Shown here piece after piece: positions 1 to 12,840 of a stretch of DNA of 64,000 nt. The DNA lies in assembly GCA_964035545.1 (NCBI GenBank), contig OZ037767.1:9744581-9808580 (forward strand). Reading direction: 5' to 3'. The stretch is from Bugula neritina. Its lineage: Eukaryota; Animalia; Bryozoa. The translations under genes were made by a program, and so were the position numbers. The notes beneath the pieces were generated by a model that was given only the letters and a program-made list of their open reading frames with translations, was not told where the DNA came from and searched no databases. Position 1 is the first letter of the stretch, and each line of letters starts with the position of its first letter.

Positions 1-116
1 TAAACCTTTTCTGTTGCCTTTCTCTGCGTGTAGGAGACCATCACCATGTTAGCAGCTAACAATAGGGTTCCAGCAGCACAAGCATAAATGAGAAGGCGTC
101 TTAGTGCCAGCACCAT
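1..116 (-). CDS. 5' coding end of a gene running off the left edge; type II membrane/signal-anchor N-terminus (Golgi enzyme-like topology)
   Basis: The minus strand from ATG at 116 reads MVLALRRLLIYACAAGTLLLAANMVMVSYTQRKATEKV: a short basic tail followed by a hydrophobic helix, open to the window edge. A candidate acceptor (gtcatag|caaccgagATG) lies just upstream. Too short to assign a family. Confidence 0.5.
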   Translation of the reverse strand, partial: MVLALRRLLIYACAAGTLLLAANMVMVSYTQRKATEKV

Positions 117-1552
117 CTCGGTTGCTATGACAACAGTGACTTAATTCTTATTTGATATTCATGCTACAAAGAGATGACAGTCACTATTAATCCAACAGAT
201 ATGAGGTCATTTAGCCTACAAACATAAACTAATAAACAACATCACGGTTAGTAGTTAGCCTACATAAAGCCAATGTTATTTAGGACCAGCATACATGTGG
301 AATCTAAAGTCATGTGTGCTTTTGGAATTGCCATGCATATCCTATTTCATTCTGATAACATTTATTGCCTGCCTACTTGTCATAAGTTTAAGCACAAAAG
401 TGCCTACAGTCAACTTGTACAAAGCTATTTGGAGACATTCAATGCTAGGCTTTGGCAAAACATGACCAGGTAATAGGTATATTATTGCCAGTATTAAAAA
501 CTTCATATTTGGGACTATTGTGGCACAATAATTTCAACATTAGAACGAGCATGAATAGCAGTTGATGAAGCATGTTACTAAAATTGCAGCAGGTATTTGG
601 TGACGAGGTTCAAGCCAAAGTTAACTATATTACATGTTTTATTAAAAATATGTGAATTAACTGAATAGTGGCTGACTATTTAGAGTCTGAGCCTCCACTA
701 CCTTTGCTATTGGCAAATTATTGGGCCTCATCGTTGCCTCATTTTGAAAGAAGGCCCATATTTTCTACTTTCTTATTAAACTTATTGATAAAATGAAAAT
801 TAAAAAAATTACTCACATCGATGAACTAAGACATCGGTGTGTAGCATCAGCACGATTTAAAGTATTACTATCACAAAAAGTTAATTATCACATTTATCAT
901 CACCATAATTATATGTTTAATGAATGTGGTGGTGTCAAAAATAACTTAGTAACAGCATTATTAATACTGCAGTAAATGTACACAAAAGTCAAGAATATTC
1001 TATATGTCATAACAACAATGAACAATATTAATTAGAAATAAAAAATACACAAACTGAAAGTGAAACTTCAAATGAAAATCACTGACAATTTCAACTTGCT
1101 TTTAAAATTTGGTTTTATTTACAAATATCTTTGCCTGTCACTTTTACTTCAATGATTCAGATTGTCTTAGAATTTCGTGGAACATTTTTTTAACTAATAT
1201 TAGTATTAGCATCAAATAAATCATTGGCTCACACTATGAACATTACATTTACTATTGAGTATTAGTATTAGCATGAATTATAATTGTTTACTAAGCATCA
1301 GTGTAACTTTACTAGTTTGCAACCAATACTATAACGATTACTATTACTATTAGTAAACGTAATAATTATGATAGATCAATCATCATCATTTATCTATCAT
1401 TTGTAATTAAATAATAGTCATTAGATCATAATAAATATCAATGAGATTAAGCAAATAACTACAAGCTAAAAGTAAAAATCACAATACCAATAATTATTAA
1501 ATTTCATTTAGTTTTACTCATTACTATTACTATTAGTATTAGTAATGATAAA

Positions 1553-1774
1553 TCTCTTGTTTGACCACACTTAGAATATGCTGTTCCTGCATGGTCTCCT
1601 AGTTTGTTGAAGAACATCAAGTTTATTGATGGAGTTCAGAGAAGATTTACAAAATTAGTGTCATCAAATAAGGAGGAAGCCTATAATCTACGTAGGAGAA
1701 GACTTAAACTGGATACCTTAGAATTTAGAAGGATTAGATGTGACCTTATACAAACTTTTAAAATAATAAAAGGA

Positions 1775-1805
<31 letters not shown>

Positions 1806-2110
1806 CACTCTGCAAAATTTTTCACATTGTCAAATGTTGCACATACTAGATGTCACTCACTAAAGAAAGATCTGTAAACAGCATACAAGAACTAACATTA
1901 GAAAACATTTTTTCTCCCAAAGGGTAATTGATGTTTGGAACGCACTTCCCCAGGCAGCAATTGATGCTAACTCTGTACTTGCTTTTAAAACTCTATTAGT
2001 ATTAGGCATACATTTGCATGCTACATTATTGGGGTTAAATGAACCACTGACTTTCTCCCCTTAGCTCACTCTTTCATGCCAGGAAGAGTGGGATTCAGGT
2101 AAATTCAATG
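1553..2110 (+). mobile_element. Degenerate 3' fragment of a CR1/L2-group non-LTR retrotransposon
   Basis: Translates to PHLEYAVPAWSP...IDGVQRRFTKLV...LDTLEFRRIRCDLIQTFKIIKG and, after disruption, RTNIRKHFFSQRVIDVWNALP. These are typical CR1 ORF2 C-terminal motifs. It carries in-frame stops and an internal (TA)n at about 1780-1805. Confidence 0.85.
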
Positions 2111-2301
2111 AGAACGAGTAATTACTAAATTAGTCTACTAAGTATACTTATACTAATATTAATAGTAATACTAATATTTATATTATTATTACTAATACTC
2201 ATACTGATACTGTAATAGTAATATTAGAAATAATATTTATATTAGACTAATTACTTATTTTAGTATTTGCTACTACTATTAGTATTACTAACACTCCAAC
2301 G

Positions 2302-2363
<62 letters not shown>
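2302..2363. repeat. (ATT)n microsatellite
   Basis: About 20 perfect ATT units, read directly from the sequence. Confidence 0.95.
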
Positions 2364-2439
2364 GAATAAGCAACCTGGAATGAAGATAAAACTTAAACTT
2401 GAAGTTGAAGTATTATTGTTTCACTACTTTCACTTTCCA

Positions 2440-3741
2440 TCGTTAAATATGCTCATACTGCACGCGACGGATGTAATCTTTACGGGCACGTAAAAAAATC
2501 CATTATATACACAATAAAATTATCAATATCTAATAATAAAAATTAATGTCTTTCAAAAAATGATAATCATATCAATTATCATTCAAAAACAGCAAAATTT
2601 ATGAGAAACGTAGCAAGCAGAAGAACGGAAGTTTAGTCGTAACTATGTGCACCAGTAGTATCGCTTCTATTTCTATTGTATATCGTATCTAAGATTCTAC
2701 ATTGATGACAAACGTATTGTGATACGTCCCGTAGAAAATCAAAAAATGTTTCTGAGATTATGTACTATAAAATTTGAAAATTTTGGATTGAACATTTTTC
2801 ACTTGACAATGCTAGTTTGCAGCCATAGATATACACATAGTTATGGATCTAGCAAAATCCAGCAGTCACTCAACATTCCACTCATTGCTTACATAGTGAT
2901 ACTAATTACGATTCTTTTAGTTTGCTAAATTAACAAATTCAAACATCTCACTTTAACTGATAGTAATACTAATGATAAAATTAAATGTAATACCAATCAA
3001 TATCATCCAATGGCAATTGCCATTGGGCTTGGCAATTACTCTATTACACTTACAGTTACAGTATTAGTATTTACTATTAGTATTACAATTACATTTACTT
3101 ATTACTATTACTATTAGTATTAGAATTATGATTGAGTAATTGTAATGTCTAGCAGTAATAGTATTTTAGTAATTACTATTACTATTAGTATTAGTAATAC
3201 TGTGATACTAATACTAATGTCTAATACTAATAGTAATAGTAATACTAGTACTAGTAATAGTAATACTAATAGTAATACAGTATTACTAATGGTAATACTC
3301 TAATAGCAATACTTTAATAGTAAAATTAACTATAGCAATGCCATGAGTGTGACTGTGACAATTGTGAGTTATAGTAAAACTAAATTAAAATCTAGTACTG
3401 TGTCAGATGTGTCTGTGAATGTGTATTACACTATTAGTATTACTATTAGTATTGCTATTAGTATTGCTGTAGTGTATGACTATGAGTATTAGATTTAATT
3501 TTAGTGTTGTTATTACTGGTACTGGTATTATTGCTAATTGACAATACTATTACTATTACTATTACTATTACTATTACTATTAGTGATGCTAGTCAAGTTA
3601 GTCTGTTTATTGAAACAAGTGTTTACTGTTGCAGTTTTTAGCACCGCAAACGAAACGGACCATTTTAGAAGTTTGAATGTTTGACAATGATTGTCGTGAC
3701 TTAGCTGTCTATCAAATCGTGAACGTTTCAATGTTATCATT
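2440..3741. promoter_or_regulatory. Putative divergent promoter region between the left-edge gene (-) and the KIZ-like gene (+)
   Basis: Two small CpG-retaining patches (about 2455-2730, including an ETS-like ACGGAAGT, and about 3640-3725) sit in otherwise CpG-poor DNA between two head-to-head genes. No transcription start site can be placed. Confidence 0.35.
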
Positions 3742-6167
3742 ATGGAAGATTTGCAGATGAAATTAATTTCAAGGTATACATGTTCTGATATATTTAAAGA
3801 GCACTATAGTTAACTAGCTTATGTTAGTAAATGTAATTATTCTAGTATCAATTCATTTTGTTTTTGATTAGAAGATTAAATGTATTGTTAGAAAATCAAC
3901 GAAGTTGTAGTAACATTAATTTAGGTGATAATATATGTTTTATTATATATGTTGACATTTCCATTCTAGATAACTAGTATTTATACCATATATATTTTGC
4001 AACATAATATCCGCAAACATGTGAATATTGCTTAGCTTCTGCAGAAAGATCTACTTTTCATGATAATGCCTTGATGTACAATATCACACTCATATACTTG
4101 GTTGTTTCATGCTCAAAATTATAGTGCAAAGTCTTCATGTTATGTCAAACTTTTTAGCAGATAAATAGACCAATAAAGCTGAATTACTTTTCATTATGCT
4201 CTCTCTTTCTAGCACTCATTTGCAAATTTGTTAGTCATTTGGTATTTGCTGAAGTAGACAAGCCACATTATAAGCAAACAATTATCTTGTGGCCTCACTT
4301 CAACAATTTAACAGTTCCAAGAAGTAATATTTGTCATTGGATATTCATGTTCATATAACTGATACTGACAATTCATCCTATCTTATCAATATACCCATTT
4401 CTGAACATGAATTTTGTATTTCTACTCATACACCTAAAAATATTTGTATTTCACAAGATCAACTATCAATTAAATAATTGCAAGTTATTTTGTAGAATGT
4501 AAATTGCGCAACACATTTGGTTAAAATATTATTGCCTCGCCTGTTTTTTTTTCTGTAAAATAATGTTTAATCACGACCATAAATTTGGTAACATTTGATA
4601 ATATTTGGTACATTTCTCAAGTCAAAATTCACTAGCACCTGTTTTGCTTTTAACTATAAACGTATTATTTCAGCTAATAGGCTTATATATATGTTATATC
4701 CGAAATGTTGATGAAAATTTCTGGAACTTTCTTTGTTGTAGCGAACAGCGCCGTATCCATTTGAATCAGGAGCTGCAGCAGTTTATGTCTCAAAGTAATA
4801 AAAGGTACTAACAATTCATCTGATTCTATTAAATCGTTTGTATAGTTTCTGTTTTTACGTTATTTTCAATCTTGTTTTTAAATGAGTTGTACATTAAAAT
4901 TTACATGTTGTGCTCTTTTGTGATGAGGGTTTCAGTTTTTATTTAATGTGAAATGATGTTCAGTAAAGTTTGAAAATACGAAAAATCTATCACTATAGGA
5001 GTTCTTACCTCGTAGTAGTCTAGTAAGATTGTCTATATGTAATTGCGTTTACATGGTATTCGTATTGTAGTTTCGCTTTACAATTAGACCAATCATGCTA
5101 CTATGCATGTCTTACAGAGACAGGCTGAGAGAAATCCAAATGAGATCTCAAGTAGAAAGCCTCAAACTTCAAAGACAAGCTCGCTTGCAAAGAAATCAAG
5201 CTATCCGCAAGCAAATGGAGGAATTCAATTTGAGTTTGACTGTCGTATCTGCTAAAACCCAAGCTCTACGTAATTTGAAGGTATTGGCCAAAGGATTGCC
5301 TCTAAAAAATAGTGTTCCTTTTATAATATTAATAATGTTAATACTAATTATTGAGTTTCATTTTGACTATCTCATTTTTTCAAGGGTTAACCATGAAGTA
5401 TATGAACAACTAGTTCGTAATTTTTGCTTAGCACATGTTGGATGTGCAAGCATGGTAAAATCAAAGTGAGAACGTAGTTTGAAATTTTATGCAGTATGAC
5501 TGATGATTTACTTAGATATTGATTTGCCATCACTTTACTGGTTAGGTATGCATAGTCGAGTAGTTTTGCTAAAATTGGAGCTGGATAATAATGGGTTACT
5601 TCAATACTCTATGAATGAAAAGTGATATTATGGCATATCCAATTGCCATCCGATGACATTGTAGGTCAACTTTTGAATTAAATAAAAGATGTTTTTTTAA
5701 ACGTCTTGTTATTTTGTCAATTAGTATTATCAAATACTTTTTGATAATTTGAAATATTCATGTTAGGTTAAATTGGATTATTGCCTAAATTGGTTTTACA
5801 TTTAAATTTTATTCTTTTTTATATCTCATTTGTATATTGGAAGACTTGCTTTATTTTCTAGCGCTTTATTAGAAATTTCCCTTAAAATGTCCCTTCTTCC
5901 TAAATGTTATCTAGAGGTTTCTAAGGTGCCAAACTATTGTAGTGTGCATGCATATAGACGTGTGTTCTGTCTGTAGAATGAATATGAAGAATACATTGAG
6001 AGACTCTATCCTCATTGGAAAGAACAAGTTCTGGCTCATGCTGCTGCAGAAAAAGCTAAAGTATGGTATTTTTACTCTAATTTCTTCATGTATGCTGTGC
6101 AATTTACGTAGTTTCAGCTAGTCATTTCTATATTTTTATACACATACATTATATATAATTATAATTA

Positions 6168-6220
<53 letters not shown>

Positions 6221-7551
6221 CAGAGTGACCGACTAGCTGGTATGAAACGAGACGTTGTCAATGAACTTGCAGTTCCATACTTATCTGGTCCCTCAGAAGG
6301 TAAACTGTTGTCCAATGCTGCTGTCTTTGTTTGACTATAATTGTATTGCTATATTTCAGCCAATAAAGTCAGAGGGTATGATGTTTTTTCTCTCTTATCT
6401 CTAATAATGATTTTTTTTTGTATTTACATCAATATCATACTTCAGTCTGTGTTATCATTCACCATTGCCATTCTCAGGTTCGTTCTCTGATACTTTTCAT
6501 CATCGATCAAAACTCACGAATCATCCATCTTCTACCCTGACCAAACAGTGTCAGTTCCCAGTAACCAATCAACAAGTTTTCACTCCAGCCAATCAGCTCT
6601 TCTCACCACCAGATAGCAAGTCTTGTACTGACAACTCCATATCAGCTCTCTTCAAGTCAAATTCTACCAGCACCTCTCTCACCTCACAATCTTCCTGTCT
6701 GTTTCCGCTCAGACTACTGCAACCCTTTGATTCCTCGGTCTATAACAGTCTTCAACATTCAACTGATTGTACGTTCATGATACATATTTATTCGCACTGG
6801 GTTTACTATGAAAGGTATTTCTACTTGTAGCATCTGTACATTTGGTAAATATGGTTTTTTTCTCATACATGAATGTGGGATATTACTAGCATGTAGAGTT
6901 GACTGAATATTTTAGACAATACATCCTGTGATAGGAGAGAGCAGTTTTATTCTCTGTCTAACTCGCAGCAACCCCCCAGTAATGGGTTCGCCTCATCTAC
7001 TCAGGTATTGGCTACAGCTTTACACGTCTATTCCTTCATCTAAATGTGTTCTAAAAGCATTTTATTTACTCTTATCTATGTATTATTTCCAGAAAAATTT
7101 ATAGCAGCTTCATAGTGCACAAACAATTAGCATGAGACTTTGCTGAAATTTGAGTTGTTTCTCTGCATGTTTATCCAAATAAATTTATTACACTACTTCA
7201 TAGATAAAGTTGTTCTGGAAACAGTTTATTTATGTCTATCTATGGCTCTTATTACCACACAAACATTATACTGTCTTCGAAGTCCATAATGTAGCATTAG
7301 ACTTTGCTGAATTGTGGGTAATTGTTCTGAAAATGTATTAAAGTATTTCTGACCCAATATTTTGTAAGCACTTCCTACACAAACATGTTGTCTTTGATCA
7401 GATTGATGGACCGTCAAGTCATATGGGTAATAAAACCCCTAGCCCAAGTTCTTCATCACATCTCCGAGCTGCACACGGGTCTGTGCCTTCATTTACGTTA
7501 CCAAACCGATCTTCTACACCAGAATTCTACAGACCAGATGTCGTTAGACAT

Positions 7552-7603
<52 letters not shown>

Positions 7604-10600
7604 GTATAGAATGAATAGAATGCATATGGCATGTATAATATATATAGCATATAGCATGTATAGCATATAGCATGTAGTTGATTCAAGTGTGTAGTATTTC
7701 TAACAGTGGTTGTCATATAGACTATTGTTGTAGCTAATTGTGTTGCTCATTATGAAGAGGTAGGCATAATATATCCTCCATAAGCAAGCAGCTAGATATG
7801 TTTAGTCGTATATATTAGCATTGTATTTATAGTAAGTTGCCTCTCTTTCTAGATGAAGCCAAAAGATTAATCTGTAGGTTTTAAAACTGCTTGATTCACA
7901 CCAGCTTTGAAAGCTAATAAGTAATGTTGTTTGGTAGAGAGCATAGCTCTATAACTCATACATAGTAACAAGTTTCAACTCCCATGCAGATACGTGTTTA
8001 ATTTTGTTCCATTTCATTTCTTATTGTGTTACACTGTCCTTATTCATTTAAGAAATTAGAAGTTAATTGCACATCTTTTTATGGATTAATTAGCCATGCC
8101 CTTCAAGCTACGGGTGCTGTTTCTGTAGGAATGTCCACGTCAATGCAATCTATAAACAGTGAAAAGAGTGTTACTTTTGATGAAAGAACTTTCAAGTCAA
8201 GCAGACGTAGTCCTGATATTCTTTTGGATTCTCCACCAAATGCTTCTAAAGCCAATCGGTACCTCCCTGTACATTACATTATTAATTACTACCACTTATA
8301 CTTTCACTAGCAGTAATACTTCAACTGCCAGTTATACTTCACCTTCCAGTAATACTCCAACTAATAGTTATACTCCAACTAATAGTTATTCTTTGCCTGT
8401 GAGTTATACTTCAACTTGCTGTAATACTTCATCTCATATTAATACTTCGACTTACAGCAATATATCAATTAACTGAATCAGCCAGGATTTATCTTCTTTT
8501 AGTCATTTATTTTACTTCCAGGAAAGAGAGTCGACCGCACCGACACTCACCTAGTCCCAGTGAGCTGATTCGAATGAGCATGACATCGAGTAACAGCTCT
8601 CTGGTAGACACTCCAACAGTGAAACTGGTGGACCAGCCAGTTGAGCAACAGGTGTCCGTAGAACTGCACCACACGTCCAGCAAGCCACCCAAACCCCCTC
8701 AGGGGCCAACATCTCCAAGACTATCCCCATCTGCTGAAAACATGCTAGTCGCTGAAGTGACAAGAGCAACAGAAAACAGATGCCAGGTGGTCATACCCTC
8801 GCCTGAGAGTAAGTGGTCACGATTCACCAATTTATACGTGCAAGGTGCTTGCAAGGTGTTTCATACCTGACACTTATGCAGTGACATGAGAGTTTGGCAA
8901 AACTCATAAAGTTTTATTTTCGGGATTTTGGTGACTGTCTAATTTCATGCAGACTATTATATCACCATAGGATATAGTTATTCAGCATGAAATATCAGCT
9001 GACTAATCTCCAATGACTATAAAATAGCAACTAACTGACATAAATAATTATATTTCAACTACCATAGTATGCACATGTAGCTTGAAGGCTCTGGCTTGAA
9101 CTCACACACATGTTAATTGTTTTAGGTACACACCTTATTTTCATTCACACTAGCAGTGTGAGTCATAGAGTTTGTTTGTTTCTGGTGAGAGGGCAAATCC
9201 TGAAATGGTTAATGTACATGCTATATAGTCATAGTGTATGTTCATGTTTCACTACTAGTAATTTCATGTACACAGTGTAAATGTTAGACACACACAATCA
9301 TCAGGCAAATTTTTGATTTTATGTTACCTGGAAATGAAAAGATCTGTAGATATTTGGTGCTTATATTTTAGACTTCGCTGTAGACATGGATTCTGTTGAT
9401 GAGTCAGCATCTAATCTGCTGCAAGACGTCTCCACTATACCTGCTGTTTCTCTAAAGGAAGAGCAAACAGCTGCTTCGTTCAAAGGTAGGTTAATGAATT
9501 GGCACAAGTTGATACATAATTGCTATACCTATGACTCATATACATATGACTCATCTACAGAGATGACGCTTATACAGATGACTCATGCAAATATAACGCA
9601 TAAAAGCTAAAAACTGGTATATCCGTGCCTCTATTAATTAGCTAGCGATTTTCGTATCACAACTCGTAAGCACATATATTATTAAGGATATGTATCTATA
9701 AGGATATGTACCTATAAGGATATGTACCTATAAGGATATGTACCTATAAGGATATGTACCTATAAGGATATGTACCTATAAGGATATGTACCTATAAGGA
9801 TATGTACCTATAAGGTATAATTGAGGTTTTCATATTACTGTAATGTATCAAACAGCTTGCTGTTCACCTTCTGTTATTTATTGCATGTGTTTGTTCATAT
9901 CACGTATCGCTTTGGTAATTCTCCAGTGTCTAACCTTCACTTTCGATTCAATCAGTTTTGTTGTGCTTATTTAAAAGAATGGTTTTCTCCTAAATATAGT
10001 TTGCGTTGGTTGGTAAAGTAGGGGGCTCGTATCCCCATCATTAGCAGGTAATAGTAGGGGCTGTATACTATATACCCTCTTTATTTTAGGGCCCTCACAC
10101 ACTGAAAAACATCTTTCTGAAATCAACCAGACACTGAGTTCTCTTAACTCAACCGAAACTGAAGAACAGCCCCCAGTAGCTAATCCTACAGGTAAGTGTA
10201 GACTTACAGTTGCTTATCCTACAGGTAAGTGTACACTTACAGTTGCTGGTGATAACTGTAAATATAGTTCTCTAGTTGCCACAGTTCACATATGGTGAAT
10301 AATACATGATTTAATCATCTAATAGTAGTTGTGATATATCTGAGAGAAAATGTTGGTAACGCTGAACTCGTTTGTCTTTCAGAGACGCTGGAGTTTAAGA
10401 ACTTTATATCCGGGACGAGAGACGGAGAGGGACAAGACTTGAGTGACGATGGCAGTGAGGATTCTATGGACGCCATTGAAGGTCAATACAGACAACTGGT
10501 GTTGAACAAGACCAATACTATGCCAGTTGGGTGAGCTGTCGTTCTACGCTATTATTACTACCAGCTACCTTACACAGTTTAGTATATAGTACACACTATA

Positions 10601-12840
10601 GTACATAGTATACTGTATAGTATATAGTATAATGTATAGTATATAGTATACTGTATAGTACATAGTATACTGTATAATGTATAGTACATGGTATAATGTT
10701 TAGTACAACTGTAGCTGCTCTTGTAGGCACAACCTCCCATCTATCATTCCAGACGCCAATCCATCACCCGATGAACAGTCATCTGGGGATGAGGACAGTC
10801 TTGATGCCCCCATGGGATACACACCCTCCTTTGCTTCTGCTGTGTGAGTGTCCGGGCATTTGTTTGCATCTGATTTTATAAATTATTCTTGGTTATTGAA
10901 TGTCTATCAGCAGGCAACATTGTTACAAGCAAGACCTGCTGCTTTCTATTAATAAAATATGTTTTCTGTGAAGCTATAAAGTCACTAATATAGAAATTTA
11001 AAGGTTTAGAAGATTGCCACTGCTTAAATACACCACCTTAGTCCCTCGTGGACCTGCTTGACAACAGTTACTATGTGTAGCTTGTGAACTTGTATTTGTA
11101 GAATTTTGGAAAGTTTAATTCCAAGTCATATTTTGAATTTTTTATCGAAGCCTATCATTAACTGATGTTTTTGATGATGAGTATATATTGTTAGAGGAAG
11201 TTTCAATTTGTCAAGTTAAAACTTTGTATTTTATGATTTTATTCAGCTGTTGTCTCCTCCTGCTTTTAGCATCTTAAGCTGTGTAGTAAAAACCTTCGTC
11301 AAGCTTTTCACTTTAAGCTCGAATACTCAGTAAAGCTGAAAGTTGAGCTAACTCTTAGCTGACTGTATTTTTCTCTTTATTTCACTTCCTGTTTGTATTT
11401 CATGTTTAAAATATTTAGTATTACCAACTCTTATGGGGGTTTATAGTCGCTCTCCGTGTGAGAACCCCTGATAGAAGGGTTTTTTAAGAGGGCTAAAGAC
11501 CTTTTTACCTATTGTGATGAAAGAGAAATTATGACTGAATGCTCTTCCTAACATCGTCAATGACCTTTACTGAGATTCGAACCATTGACCTTGTGTTTGC
11601 TAAACCAGCGCTCTAACCCCTAGACCACGGCTGCGTTTAGTATTGCCAACATCATGTATTATTACCTCCTCTTGAACGTCTACTATTTATTGTAGTTTAC
11701 TGATAAAGTGCTCTTATTTTCTAGTAAGCCGTCCTACACAGGCAGTTTGAACACTCAGTTAACAGCAACTGTTAAGACAGATGGTGCTGCCTCGGCTGCT
11801 GCTACAATTTCCGGCACCGGAGACAGCAAAAACTCTAGCGGAAGTCGCAAAGCAGGTGAGAAACTAGTTTATCTGCAAGAATGTGCTTTAGAGTTGTGTG
11901 CTCTTGTCACTAGTTGATGTCACTTGGTCTTTTGATTTGTGAGATTTTCTTTTTTGTTGCTATTCTGCTATGTTATCGTGATGCGACGTCTTTAAGTACT
12001 AAGCGATTCTTATTCATTTTCCCAATTAGTAAGAAGTTGACTTCCTTTTACAATTCACATTCTTGAGTACATATTATAACTTACTATACACAAAAAAAAA
12101 GCTTCATCAACAAGTATATTTAATTGGGGAAATATCGTCACATGCATTGATATTCAATTGCTTAAAAGTAATTTTCTCTCAAAGAAACTTCACTGTGGCT
12201 TTTCATTGCAATTGCTTATATTATGTAACTACACAAAACAATACAACATATCTATTATTTTTACAGAATTGAATAATTTTTGTATTATTTCACACCGAAA
12301 TGTGTTTAGTAAAGAAGACAACTCTCTTTATTTTAATATCAAAATCAATAATTGGGAGTTGTTTCTCAATGCCAAATATAATTATTATACAGTCTTCATG
12401 AAACACCCACAGCAACATTCTACTTGATTACAAGTTTTACAGAGCTCTGCTCTCCAAAGTTTTGTTCAACTTGGCAACAGAATTTAATGCTTTTTGGCAG
12501 AATTTCAGCATAAAATATGTTAGTACTTTATGTTCTTTCATAAACAGCTCAGTATGTTAACTTATTTCGCAAACTCCTTTGAATGTATCGTTGGAATACA
12601 ACTTAACTATGATCAACTTGATAGTTTGAGTAGTTCTGGTATTTGGTGGTGATTTCTGAGTGGAGGTTTGAATGTTGGGAACTGCCAAACATTGATAGAC
12701 ACGTTTATGTTGTAGCTCTGCGCAGGACAGAGTCTGACATAGACAGCGATTCAGACACCCCCAATGTGCTGTCCAACACATCTAATCAGAAGCCAGCTGC
12801 TGACAGCGATGTGGAGGATGACTTTGATTTTTACGGCTGA
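3742..12840 (+). CDS. KIZ: Centrosomal protein kizuna-like (multi-exon)
   Basis: Phase-consistent exons 3742-3773, 4742-4804, 5118-5280, 5977-6060 and 6224-6299 give MEDLQMKLISSEQRRIHLNQELQQF...RNQAIRKQME...TQALRNLKNEYEEYIERLYPHW. This resembles the kizuna N-terminal coiled coil as I recall it (SEKKRLDLE...RNQ...LQKLKLEYE). An S/P-rich middle follows, then PTETLEFKNFI (cf. PITETEAYQLL), and the last exon 12716-12840 ends DSDVEDDFDFYG* (cf. DDSDDFYD*). Some middle exon boundaries are uncertain, and the name rests on recalled similarity, not a search. Confidence 0.7.
6172..6218. repeat. (TA)n microsatellite abutting a splice acceptor
   Basis: The TA run ends directly at tttcag|AGTGAC (exon start 6224). 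Confidence 0.9.
7554..7601. repeat. (TA)n microsatellite abutting a probable splice donor
   Basis: GACATG|gtatatatat...: the repeat begins inside the donor site. Confidence 0.85.
9683..9815. repeat. 16-bp minisatellite (taaggatatgtaccta), about 8 copies
   Basis: Near-perfect tandem copies in a KIZ intron. Confidence 0.95.
11429..11635 (-). mobile_element. tRNA-derived SINE (about 207 bp) with a 15-bp target-site duplication
   Basis: The minus strand begins gcagccgTGGTCTAGGGGttagagcgctggtttagcaaacacaaggtcaatGGTTCGAATCtcag, with Pol III A and B boxes at tRNA spacing. It is flanked by tttagtattaccaac (11414-11428) and tttagtattgccaac (11636-11650), one mismatch. The acceptor and anticodon stems do not pair properly, so it is not a tRNA gene. 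Confidence 0.85.

Noticed and set aside
9683-9815. CRISPR-like array (also 36125-36430 and 46752-46895)
   Set aside because: Contiguous tandem units with no unique spacers, inside eukaryotic introns, and no cas genes.
11560-11635. tRNA-Ala gene
   Set aside because: A and B boxes are present, but the cloverleaf stems fail. It is the head of a TSD-flanked SINE.
12481-12518. Micro-exon encoding NAFW, resembling the kizuna C-terminal NALW motif
   Set aside because: The only nearby donor gives 38 nt, which would frameshift the final exon.
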